This document shows positions 20,227-33,505 of a stretch of DNA of 64,000 nt, piece after piece. Origin of the DNA: the human T2T-CHM13v2.0 reference genome, Homo sapiens. A program made the translations under genes and the position numbers. The stretch is from NCBI RefSeq assembly GCF_009914755.1, contig NC_060939.1, one strand, 5' to 3'. The notes under the pieces are model-generated. The model was not told where the DNA came from and ran no database searches. It was given only the letters and a program-made list of their open reading frames with translations. Numbering within the stretch: position 1 is the stretch's first letter; each line of letters opens with the position of its first letter.

Positions 20227-20549
20227 AAAAATAATGTGTGGCATGGTGCATGATTTCAGCAGCTTAGTTATTAGCCTTTTCTAACTAGAGAGAAATCAAT
20301 CTTGAGATAATGGATCAAGTCAGGTTTCTCAAATATATCTCTCCACATGCATATATTTCCAAATTTTTGGCTATATCTCTACTTTAGTGTAGTGGCCAAT
20401 AGCATGAAGGGAACATTTTAGGAAGCACATCTCATCATACCTGCATCAGACAAGTCATTAGCATTGCACATTGATTTTTTTTCATGGAAAAACTGAAATT
20501 ATTCTCGTCTGTTGACAGGTAAATACACTTCACTAAGTAAATATTTGCA

Positions 20550-20728
20550 GGGGGTAGGGGGAAAGGGGAGGGAGAACATTAGGACAGATACCTAATGCAT
20601 GCAGAGCTTAAAACCTAGATGACGGGTTGATAGGTGCAGCAAACCACCATGGCACATGTATACCTATGTAACAAACCTGCACGTTCAGCACAGGTATCCC
20701 AGAACTTAAAATAAAATAAAAAATAAAA
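20550..20728 (+). mobile_element. 5'-truncated L1PA (L1PA7/8-like) 3' end
   Basis: cctaatgcatg...cttaaaacctagatgacgggttgataggtgcagcaaaccaccatggcacatg...cccagaacttaaa + A tail; TSD TAAATATTTGCA at 20538-20549 and 20729-20740. Confidence 0.9.
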
Positions 20729-21533
20729 TAAATATTTGCAATCATAAAGCATTTGGACATCAGCTATGTGCAAGACACTGTGTATGATACTTTGACAGAC
20801 TGAATAAAAGATGGAAGATTTATTCTTCAGGTTTCCCAGGTTTTAAAATGTGTTTCCTTGTTTCTACCCTTCAATGTTTCTCTTAGAGACATTCAATTTA
20901 TGTATCTCGGAATGCCATAAAAAAGGTCACATTTTGGTTTATTTAGCACATCTTTTTTTTTTTTTTTGACACTTTGGCCAAACCATTTCAGCTGTATTTA
21001 AGGTATGTTTTAATTAAAATAAATATTTATCGTATTTGTTTTTTCTGGTGTTGGATTATCTAAGCATGTTTAAAGTTGTCCCCAGAAAATACAACCTGAT
21101 AAACAGAAAATGTTAATTCTGTGTATAATTCCCCACTTGTTTCCTAGGTAAAAACATATGGGTCACTGATGAAATGCACACCAGTATGCCACCCATCCTC
21201 CAAAAGTCCCAATTATCTATGTGACAACACAGTACTTCCATGATTTGGAGGTTATCATTTGTGAAACATATTGTTGATTCAATAACAGATATTTGGGGAA
21301 AAATAAGCCATTCTATAAAGCACATATATAGTTGTAAATGTTAAAACAGAGAGGAAAGGTACATCTTAGAATATAGGAAATAAAACTTTCTCATAAAATA
21401 CATATACATATACACCATTTTTTTCTCATAAGTGTACCTATATATATTTCAATGTATGTCCCTCTCTCCCTCCCTTCCTTTCTCTTTCTCTCTCTTTGAC
21501 TCTCTCTCTCATTCTCTTCCTCCAACCAACACA

Positions 21534-21571
<38 letters not shown>
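21534..21571. repeat. (CAT)12 microsatellite
   Basis: Perfect CAT array; source of the poly-Asp ORF 21391..21585. Confidence 0.95.
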
Positions 21572-22679
21572 ATGTGGGAAAACACAGTAAATATATTTCG
21601 ATCTCACATCCTGATTAGCACATGCCATTAGTAGAAGCACACTTCTCACATAAGTGATATAATAATTCTCACAGTTTGGGTGCCATTTTCCCTTCTTTAA
21701 ATATTTCAGTGCCAATGAGAATTTCAGCGTGACAATATCATGGGAAGTTTAAATTTACTTTAGGAAATTCCCATAGTAGATAAAGAACTTCTAAACGTCA
21801 CATTTGCACAAGATAGCTACATTTAAATAGCAGTGGCAATCCTAACTTTGATTTTGATTGTGGTTAGAGGCTTTCGAATCACATTACAAATGAAACTGGA
21901 TTCTTTTTATGTCGATTCATCTAATTTTAATTATTTAGGATCAGTCACTTTCCAGAACTCAATAAAGTAAACAGGTTAGATGTGACATTTTGAGGAAAGT
22001 TAAACATGGCTTCTAACCACAGGAGAAAAATATAAGGCAGAAGATAGAAGATAAACAAGAATAGAAGATGACATAGCCATCTGTCAGCCTCCCAAAGGAT
22101 ATGTTGTTTTTCATGACAGTGTTTCCTGCTTTCTTTTTCAATTCTATACTGGGCAGCATGTTAGCAACATTCAGGTATAGGACTGAGAGAGACTCAACTG
22201 ATAATAGTTAACTATCTTTAGGTATTCCTGATATACAGCCCGGCTTGTCCACTAACAGATTTTGGATGATGGTTTTAAAGCACAGGTTTTAACCCAAGAC
22301 AGAAATCTTAAAGCTACTGAAGAAAAACAGACTTTTTTACATGTATGTGTGTGTATACTTTTCAAGTACAAGGCAAGAGATAGACAAAATCATTAGAGAA
22401 GGTAAAGACTTCTGGTTTACTAGAATAATCTTAAACTATCTCATGATAAACAACTAAAAAGGCCAGATCAAATAAAGCAGTACATGTTTTTTATAAGTTT
22501 ATGGAAGTCTCTGTAAGAAAAAGAAATTTGCAGATGCTAGGAAGAAAGAGGGAACTGAAAATCTGAGAGGTAAGAATGTGTTCTGATGGAGCAGCTATTC
22601 TAGAAAATACTTATATAATAACCTAAGGGATTGAGTAATTTTTTTCCCTTTGTGTTGGCTTAAAATTCTGTAAATTTTA

Positions 22680-25600
22680 CCTTAGAATTACAAATCTGAT
22701 ATGCACAGATTTTATGTAAATTGATGATTTTTGAAAAATGTACACACCCATGTAACTCATACCCCCAATTATGATATGGAACATCTCCATCACCCCCAGA
22801 AAGCTCCCTCAGATCTCCTTCCAGTCAATTTCTACACCCAGGGCAATTATTGTTCTGATTCCTACCACTATATATTCTTATCATTGTCTTCCCCAATTTT
22901 ATGTAAATAGAATCACAATGTATGTATTCTGTCAGGCACGGAGGTTCACACCTATAATCCCAGCTACTTGGTGAGGTTGAGGTGAGAGGATCACTTGAGG
23001 CCAGGAGTTCAAGACCTGCCTGGGCAACATACCAAGATTCCCATTTCTAAAAAATTTTCTTAAATAGATTTTTGTATTCTTTAGTGTATGACTTCTTTCA
23101 CTCAACATAATGTTTTTTTGGAAATTCAAGCACGGGGTTGTGCTTTGGTAATTCATTCTTATTTACTGCTGAGTAATGATGCCTTGTATATAAATGGAAT
23201 ACTTGGTCCAGTGGATAGACATTTGGTTATTTCTTATTTTTTACTATTACGAATAAAAATGCTATACACATTCTTGCACAAGTCTTTTTTGTTTTCATTT
23301 CTCTTGGGTAAACACCTAAAAGTAGAATTGTTGGGTAACAGAGTAGGTATATGTTTAACTTTTTTAAAAAATTACATATTTTTTAATGTTTAACTTTTTA
23401 AGAAACTACCAAAATGTTTTCCAAAGTTATCGAAGCAATCTACAGTCTCATCAGCAATGTGTGATAGTTCTAGTTGATCCACAACTTCACCAATATTTGA
23501 TGTTATCTTATCATAAATATATAATTTTAGCTGTTCTATGGGGTATAAAATTTTCTCATTTTTAATTGCATTTCCTTAATGACTAATAATTCTGAGAATT
23601 TTTTTCTGTTCTCAGAATATGCTCAAGTGACTACTGTATGTCTTCCTTTGTGAGGTGTCTATTCAAGTCTTTCATCCATTTAAAAAATTGGATTGTCTTT
23701 TTGTTATTGATTTGTAAGAATTTTTTTAAGAGACAGGGTCTCACTCCATTGCCCAGGCTGGAGTGCAGTGGCACAGTCAAAGCTCAGTGCAGCCTCCAAC
23801 TCCTGGGCTCAAGTGATCCTCCTGCCTCAGCCTCCTGATAACTGGGACTACAGGCATGATCCACCATGCCTGGCTAATTTTTTATTTAAGAGATGGGGTC
23901 TCGCTATGTTGCCCAGGCTTGTCTTGAACTCCCAGCCTCAAGCTGTCGTCCTGTCATGGCCTTCCAAATTGCTGAGATAACAGGAGTAAACCACCTTGCC
24001 CAGCCTGATTTGTAAGAATTCTTTGTATATTTCAACTGTAAGCCCTTTAGCAAATATAAATATTTCAAATGTTTTCTCCTATTCTTGGCTTGGCTTTTTA
24101 TTTTCTTAATGGTGTCTTTTAGTAAGTAGTTTTTAATTTGATGAAAGACAATGTATCATTTTTCTCTACTTCATGCTTTTTATGTCTTGTCTAAGACATC
24201 TGTGATTACCTCAAGGACATGAAAATATTCTTTCGTTTTCTTCTAAAAGCTTTATAGCTTTAGATTTTATGTTTAGGTCTATGATCAATCTCAAACTAAT
24301 TTTTCTGTTAGGTATAAGGTGAAGAATCAAGGTTTGTAGATTTATCCTGTTATTCTGTTGGCTAAAAAGACTTATTCTTTTAACTGAATTGAATTGCCAT
24401 TGAATTGCCTTGGTCCTATTGCCAAAAATCACTTGGCTATATATATCTGGGTCTATTCTGGACTCTACTCTGTTATATTAACATATTTTGCTGTAATTTT
24501 GCCAATATTCTAGTCCTGATTAGTGTAGCTTTGCAGAAAGTATTGAAATCGAGTAATATGTCATCCAACCTTGTTTATTTCAAAATTTTTTGGCTATTTT
24601 AGATTCTTTGGATCTCTAATAGCTTTTGGACCAGTTTTCCAATTTCTCACAAAGAAACAGTCTGGGATGGGTGCAGTGGCTCATGCCTGTAATCCCAGCA
24701 CTTCGGGAGGCTGAGGTAGGAGGATTCCTTGAGCCCATGAGTTTGAGACTCACCTGGGCAACATAGGGAGGTCCTGTCTCTATTAAAATATGTTTTAAGA
24801 AAAATTTTTTTAAAGTGTGATTGGATTTTATTTGGATTTGCACTGAATATATGAATAGACTTGGGGTGAACTGACATCTCAACAATTATCAAGTCTTTCA
24901 ATCCATGAACACGGTATGTCATTCAATTTATTTAGGTATTTGTTCATTTTTCTCAGCAATGTTTCAAAGTGTTAGGTTAGTAGAGATCTTGCTTACCTTT
25001 TATTACACTTATTCTTCTTTTCTTATAATTTTGATGCTGTTGTAAATGTAAAATTTAACATAATTTTTGACTGCTAGTATATGGAAATAAATTTTAATTT
25101 TGTATATTGAGCTTTTATCCTAAAAATGTGCTAAATTAATTTGATTGCATAGACTTTTTGTAGATTCTTCATTATTTTCTATGTAGATGATCATGTCATC
25201 TACAAATAAAGACAGTTTTACTTACGTTTTTCTGATAAATATGCCTTTTATTTCCTCCTCTCCCATTGCACTGGCTATGACTGTCATGACAATGTTGAAT
25301 AGAAATTGTGAGCACAGACATTCTGTCTTTTCTCTCATCTTATGGGGAAAGAATTCATTATTTTACAATTAAGCATGATGTTACCTGTAATTTTTTTTGT
25401 AGCTGCTTTTTATTAGATTGAGGAAGTTTTCTTTTATTCCTAGACTGCTGAGAGTTTTTAACCAAAAATGGGCATTGAAATCTGATAAACATTTTTCTGC
25501 TTTTGTCGAGATGATCATATATTTTTTCTCCTTTTTTCTGTTAATGTGGGGAACTATGTTGATGATAATTGTTTCATTTTTGAATGTTAAACCAACTTGA

Positions 25601-25700
25601 ATTGGTTTAAACCCCATTTAGTAATGGCCTAACCTAGAGTTTCAGTATGGGAAACACTATCAATGGGCTTAAAAAATCCAGTTCACTAATATCACAGGGC
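22680..25700 (-). mobile_element. Old L1M 3' portion with nested FLAM (~22932-23054 +), Alu (~23722-24005 -) and FLAM (~24665-24790 +)
   Basis: T-rich plus strand with antisense L1 phrases; ORF 25381..25617 shows ORF2-like MIIS.KAEK..F.LKTL..LGI..NFLNLIK. Confidence 0.78.
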
Positions 25701-25740
25701 ACAAGAGAATTTTTGTGTCCTTAAAAAAAGATTCACCGAA

Positions 25741-26208
<468 letters not shown>

Positions 26209-26224
26209 TTACAACAATAGGGTA

Positions 26225-26587
26225 TGTTTCAGCCCATTCGGGCTGCTATAACAAAGTGCTGTACACTGAATAATTTATAAATGATAGAAATATATTTCTC
26301 ACAATTCTGGAGGTTGGGAAGTCCAAGATGAAGACACCAGCTGATTCAGTGTCTATAGAAGACTCACTCATAGATTCATAGATGGTGCCCCTTGCTGCAT
26401 TCTTGGCTGAAGGGGCTAGGGTGCTCTCTTCAACCTAATTTATAAGGGCACTAGTCCCATTCATGACAGCAGAGCCCTCATGACCTAATCACCTATCTAA
26501 GGCCCCATGTCTTAATATTACTGCATTGAGGATTAAGTTTCAATATATGAATTTGGTGGCGGGAACACCAATATTCTGACCATAGTG
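26225..26587 (-). mobile_element. MaLR solo LTR (MSTD/MLT1A-like)
   Basis: ttcgggctgctataacaa...tttctcacaattctggaggttgggaagtccaagat...gccctcatgacctaatcacc...accatag. Confidence 0.8.
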
Positions 26588-26771
26588 GGGTGGAAAGATT
26601 TAGATATCTATATATAAATAAGCCTGAAATGGTTGTTCAATTCTGATAAAATTTAAAGATAATGAGAAAAAGATTTTTCTGCGCATGGCAACTCCCATTA
26701 TACTGTACTTTAAAGGGAATAGAGAGGTTTCTGATATTAGTCCCATCTTCTGCCTCTTTAAAAAGCTATTG

Positions 26772-29330
26772 GTATGCACTCAACACTGGAGCACCCAGAT
26801 ATAAAAAGCAAATATTATTAGAGCTAAAGAGAGAGATAGATCCAAATACAATAAGAGTTGGAGATTTCAGCACCCCACTTCTCAGCATTGGACAGATGTC
26901 CCAGACAGAAAATCAACAAAGAAACATTGGACTTAATCTTCACTATAGAACAAATGAACCTAATAGATATTTACAGAACATTTTATCTAATGGCTGCAGA
27001 GTACATACTTTTCTCCTCAGTATATGGACTATTCTCAAGAATAGGCCATATGTTAGGTCACAAAGCAAGACTTAAAACATTCAAAAAATTAAAAAATATC
27101 ATCTTATCTGACCACAATGGAATAAAACTACAAATTAGTAACAAAAGGAACTTTTGGAAACTACACAAACACATGGAAATGAAATGATATGCTCCTGAAT
27201 GACCAGTGGGTCAATGAAGAAATTAAGAAGAAAATTGAAATATTTCTTGAAACAAAGGATAATGTAAACACTACATACAAAACCTATGGGATACAGCAAC
27301 AGCAGTGCTAAGAGAGAAATTTATAGCTATAACAACCTACATCAAAAAGAAGAAAAACTTCAAATAAACAAATTAAATTAGAAAAGCAAGAGCAAGCCAA
27401 ACCCAAAATTAGTAGAAGAAAAGAAATAAAGATCAGAGCAGAACTGAATGAATTTGAAACAGAAAATAATACAAAAGATCAATAAAAAAAGCTGTTTTTT
27501 TGAAAAATATAAACAAAATCGACAAAACTTTAGCTAGACTAACCAAGAAGAACAGATAGAAGACCCAAATAAATAAAATCAGAGATGGAAAATGAGACAT
27601 CACAACGGCTACCACAGAAACTCAAAGGATGATTAGTGGCTACTATGAGCAATTATATGCCAATAAACTGGAAAATCTAGAAAAAATGGGTAAGTTTCTA
27701 GACATGCACAACCTACCAAGATTGAACCACGAAAAAATCCAAAACCTGAACAGACCAATAAAAAGCAATGAGATTGAAGCTGTAACAAAAAGTCTCCCAG
27801 TAAAGAAAAGCCTGGGACCCAATGACTTTACCGCTAAATCCTATCAAACATTTAAAGAACTAATACCAATACTCAAATTTTCCCAAAAAATGGAGGAAGA
27901 GGGGATACTTCCAAACTCATTCTCAGAGGCTAGTATTATCCTGATGCCACAACCAGACAGAGATCAAAAAAGAAAACTACAGACCGGTCTCCCCAGTGAA
28001 TAGTAATGCAAAAATTCTCAACAAAATACTAGCAAACCAAATTCAACAATACATTAAAAAGATAATTCATCATGACCAAGTGAGATTTATCCCAGGGATG
28101 CAAGAATAGTTCAACAAATGCAAATCAATCAATGTGATACATCATTATCAACAGAATGGAGGGCAAAAACCAGATGATAATTTCAATTGATGCTGAAAAA
28201 GCATTTGATAAAGTTCAACATCCCTTCATGATAAAAACCCTCAAAAAAGGTATAGAAGGAGCATACCTCAACATAATTAAGGCCATATATGACAGACTCA
28301 CAGTTAGTATCATACTGAATAGGGAAAAATGGAAAGCCTCTTAGATCTGCAACATGATAAGGAAGCCCTCTTTCACCGTTGTTATTCAACATACTACTGG
28401 AAGTCTTAGCTAGAGCAATCAGACAAGAGAAGAGATAAAGGGCATCCAAATTAGAAAGAACTCAAATTATCCTTTTTTGCAGATGACATGATCTTACATT
28501 TGGAAAAACCTAACAATCAACATACAAAAATCAGTAGCATTTCTATATGCCAACAGAGAACAATCTGAAAAAGAAATTTAAAAAGCTATCCCATTTACAA
28601 TTGCTACAAACAAAATTAAATACCTAGGAATTAACCAAAGAAGTGAAAGATCTCTACAATTAAAACTATAAAACACTGATGAAAGAAATTGAAGAGGGCA
28701 CAAAGAAATGGAAAGATATTCCATGTTCATGGATAGGAAGAATCACTATTGTTTAGATATCCATACTACCTAAAGCAATATACAGTCTCAATGTAATCTC
28801 TATCAAAATACCAATGAGATTCTGCATAGAAATAGAAAAAATGTCCTAAAACATATATGGAATAAAAAAAAAAAAGCAACTAGAATAGCCAAAGCTATCC
28901 TGAGTAAAAGGAAGAAAACTGGAGGAATCATGTTACCTGACTTCAAAGTATACTGCAGACTATGGTAACCAAAACAGCATGGTACTGACATAAAAACAGA
29001 CACATAGACCAATAGAACAGAATAGAAAACCCAGAAACAAATCCACATACCTACAGTGAACTCATTTTTGACAAAGTTGCCAAGAATGTACATTGGGGAA
29101 AAGACAGTCTCTTTAATAATTGATGCTGGGAAAACTGGATATCGATATTCAGAAGAATGAAGCTGGATCCCTATCTCTCACCTTATATAAAAATCAAATA
29201 AATTTGGATTAAAGACTTAAATCTAAGACCTCAAACTATGAAACTACTACAAGAAAACACTGGGGAAACTCTCCAAGACATTAGTCTGGGCAAAAATATC
29301 TTGAGTAATACCCCCCAAGCACAGGCAACC
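26772..29330 (+). mobile_element. L1 (L1MA/L1PB-like) internal ORF2 fragment: endonuclease to RT
   Basis: ORFs 26858..27187 (DIYRTFY...FSRIGHMLGHK...LSDHNGIKL), 27629..28003 ([13 protein letters not shown]) and 28156..28344 ([11 protein letters not shown]); FADDMI at ~28477-28494. Confidence 0.92.
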
Positions 29331-29481
29331 CCTAGATTGGTTTCCTCTTACCTTTTCTAGAGATGATGGTGATGACAGCAGTCTACCAATGTTTTTGCAT
29401 TTCTCTGGCTCTCCAGATATGGTAATGAATGAATGAATAAATAAATAATTTTAAATGCCTGGGAAAAGCAAAGATACCCTA

Positions 29482-29877
<396 letters not shown>

Positions 29878-31475
29878 TTAATGCCGACCCCAAGCAACAT
29901 ATACAGCTGCAGGACGGCCAGCATCCTTCAGAAGCTCCACACAAATGGATACATGATTGGTAAACTTCCCCTGCTGAGTTGTTAAGTGGGGCCATGCTAG
30001 CTTCCCAGACTTGAAAAGAAATGAAAAGGACAACCTCCTAGGACAGTTAGGCCACCACACCAAGAAGGTGGCCTTAGCTCATAAGCTTTCTTATGGTTCC
30101 CCTCCACACGTAAACATCTCTGTCAATATCCACACCTCCTTCCTCCAAGTGGTCAGATTTTAGATGTCTTAGTGACCCCACAATGGCAAAGTTTTTCTTT
30201 GTTCAATGATCCAGGCAAGATTTAATCACAGCATCTTGGAGCTGGAATGGCCCTTAAAAATCTGATCAAATCAAGGCTGCTGGGATTCAGACTTTGTGCC
30301 TCCTGGCTTCTCAGTCTACAATGCTATTGAACACCTTCTCTATTCAAGAAGAAGGAGGAAAACATTTCATTTGGGCCTCGGTGAAAGTGACAAGGAAAAG
30401 AGAGGTGAGAATTGACTCTCTGCCCCATTGAGTAATGGTAAGTGGAGGAGAAAACAGGCCAGTGAAGACAAGGGGACTGGAATGGATTTGGGGAGCGCAG
30501 GGAAAAGCTTAAAACCTATGACTAGGGAAGGTTGCAGTGAACGTTGATAAGAAGCAGACAGGAACCCATGGAAGAGTCCAGGCCATGAGTCAGAAGCAGG
30601 AGAGGCTTTTGAGCAGTCACAGTCCAGCAAGCACCACCTTAACGGTAGGCAGCTACTGTGCAGATGCCTGCCTGAGCCTCCCTCTTGGCCAGAGGCAGTC
30701 ACAGCTGAGTGGTGAGTCAGCACCAAGCAGTCATTCATCCTTTTTTGAAGCCAAGACTCTAGTCATTTCTGAAAAAATAATAAATACAAAAGGATCAAGG
30801 AGAAACTGTTTTTATTTTTCCTTCATAACAAATGTAAGTGGACCCATTATATGTTTTACTAATAAAAGCAGCCACGTCTTAAGAGCACCATGGATGCTAC
30901 ATTAATAAATTTCGTCCATCATTGATGCTGCCAGTGGTGCCAAAGGATAGATGTTGTTTGCCCAGCAGTGACATTTGAGGATCTGTCAATGTAACACTGT
31001 CCACCAGAAAAACATTTCCAAAAGCCAAGTGAGGACTTTCACTCATTTAAGAGGCCAGAGTGAGCCAGCTCACCATCACATGTATTTCAGTAATAGACAA
31101 AAATAAATTCTGTGCAACCAATTGTTTCAGCAGGTCCTTCTCCACATCCCCAGAGCCTCTGTCTTATTTCCTAGTAGCACATACCAGCCTCTCCCGTTCC
31201 ACTAAACCCAGAGTCCACCCTTCTGGGCAGCACTTCCATGCATGAGCCAGTCACAGTATAGACCCTGTACTCAAATATCCCAATTCAAATCCTGCTTCCA
31301 CCACTTACCAGCCATGTAAAACTTTGGCATGTTTCTTAATTTCCTTAAGAAATTTAAGCTTCAATTTCCTCATTTGTATAACAGAAAATATTATAGTACC
31401 GTGGGGTTTGCATCAAATGTAATCATTTGTATAAAACACATATCACAGTATCTGATGCATAAGTGCTCAGTAAAT

Positions 31476-31830
31476 ATCATCACTATCACTATCATCAACA
31501 TCACCACCACCACCATCACCATAATCATCACCATCACCATCACCATCATTACATTATTGTCACCACCACCATCATCATCACTACCACAATCACCATCATA
31601 ATCACAACTACCAACACCATCACTGTCATCATCACCACCCTCACCATCATCACCATCTCCATCATTACCATCTCCATCACCATCATCATCATCATCATCA
31701 CAATCACCCTCACCGCCACCACCATCCTCATCATTATCACCACCCTCACCCTCACCTTCACCATCGTCATCACCATCATGATCACCATCATGATTACCTT
31801 CAGCATCATTATCGGCAGCAATAGCAACAG
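31476..31830. repeat. Degenerate (CAC/CAT)n triplet low-complexity array (~350 bp)
   Basis: catcaccaccaccaccatcaccataatcatcacc... directly visible; generates His/Thr/Ile and Met/Val pseudo-ORFs. Confidence 0.95.
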
Positions 31831-33311
31831 TGGCATCTCAGGTCTTTTCCCCACTCAGGCTATGCCTGTTCTGTGTCTTCCTCCCTCAGCGCGCTGTTCT
31901 CCAGCACTGGTCTGCTAAACCAATGTGTGCCAAAAGCAGAGGATTTGGACAATGCCAGGACTGAGAAGGAACATGTTTGACCAGATCTTTTAGAACATTT
32001 CAAACCACACAAAGCAGGTGAAAGGCTGGTCCCTATTTATTATACTATGGTTCTATCCAAATGGAAGGGTGCAATGCCTGGCAAGGGCATCCTAAAAATT
32101 TTTGGCCAAATAAATAATATCTGAAACTTTTTGGACAAGCAAACCAAGGCATATGCCTCTTGTTCATATCAAGTGGTTTCTAAGCTGCTTCAAACAGGAA
32201 ATCTACTCTTGAATCCAGTCTTGTGTGGGAGACAAGAACATCCACAAGCAACTAACTGTACTATCACGGGGTAATGCTACCAGCCAGATGATAACAGTAA
32301 TAAAAATGGTAATGATAGCTACTATTTATTGAGTCCAACTATATGTCTTGCATTATACTGGTCAATTCCCATATCTCAACATATTTAGTCTTTATAACAA
32401 CTCTTCACAGATGCTATCATGACCCCAATCATGCAGATGAGGGAACTATAGCAATGTGGTCAAAGATCACCCAGTTAGCAAGTGGCAAAGCTACTTCAGT
32501 TATTTTTGAGTTACATCCATCTAACTCCAAAACTACTAATCCACACTGGGTGGCTGGAAGGCTGAGAGAGGCAGTCATGGGAGAGCACAGCTGAGGAGTG
32601 ACTGATTTCATAAGAAAGGGAGGTGGGAAAATCTTCACAGAGGGGATGAATTTGACCTTGTAGAAGGAGTTTGCTAGGCCAGCAAGAAAGGGCTTTTTAG
32701 CAAAGGAAGCCATGTGAACAACCATACGGAAACATCCTGGATTTGGGGACCAGGGAGGGATGCACACAGCGTGATAGGAGCACAGAGCACATGAAATGAG
32801 GCCAACATCTTACAGCCTGATCCCTCTGGGTTGACTATTGTGTCCCAGCACCGGCACAACCTCCTCATTTCTTTTGCAGCTGGTAGGGCATACGATGTTG
32901 CCTTGACCCATTACATTTTCCAATCTCTTCTTGTTCTCCTTGACTCCAGATGCTGTGACACCCAACATGTAATACTGCCCTGTTGGGACTGGTCCCTGGC
33001 TTCCTTTCCCCATCATCATTAATTCCTCCAAATAGTCTACTTCCTGTCACTCAGAACAATCAGCTCATAGAATCTAGCTTAAGACAGAGGACATTTTCCA
33101 AGTGCTGTCTTGAGCCCCCAAAATGGGCTTAGACATTACCTTCTAGGCCAGAGGTTCCTAACTGCAGATACAGAGAGGGGCTCCATAGATTCACAAACCA
33201 TTAGAATACACGCAAAAGTATTGTAGCTGAAGTTTTAAGGGAAAATGAAGCTCTCATTAGAGTCTCAAAAGGAAAGGAAACCTGGCTTTTCCAAAAGATT
33301 AAAAATGATAT

Positions 33312-33505
33312 CAGTGCTGGGCTGTTCAATATCATATGTAGCCACTAGCTACGTGCAACCATTTAAATTATCTAAAATTAAATAAAATTTAAAATTCAAT
33401 TTCTCAGTCTCACTAGCCACATTTCAAATGCACATGTGGACACTGAACAGCACAGATTCCAGAACATTTCCGTCTTTGCAGAAAGTCCGATTGGAAAGTG
33501 CTAGC
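33312..33505. mobile_element. MER3/MER33-like hAT DNA transposon relic
   Basis: gtagccactagctacgtg...aaaattcaatttctcagtctcactagccacatttcaa...gaacatttcc...gcagaaagt..attgga. Confidence 0.7.

Noticed and set aside
21391-21585. Poly-Asp / Glu-Arg ORF
   Set aside because: Product of (CAT)12 and CT-rich microsatellites.
26662-28344. Endonuclease/RT-like ORFs as an active retroelement or novel RT system
   Set aside because: Frameshifted, stop-riddled L1 ORF2 fragments.
31329-31918. His-rich/Thr-Ile-rich 151-aa ORF and antisense Met/Val ORF
   Set aside because: Translation of a (CAC/CAT)n low-complexity repeat; no gene structure.
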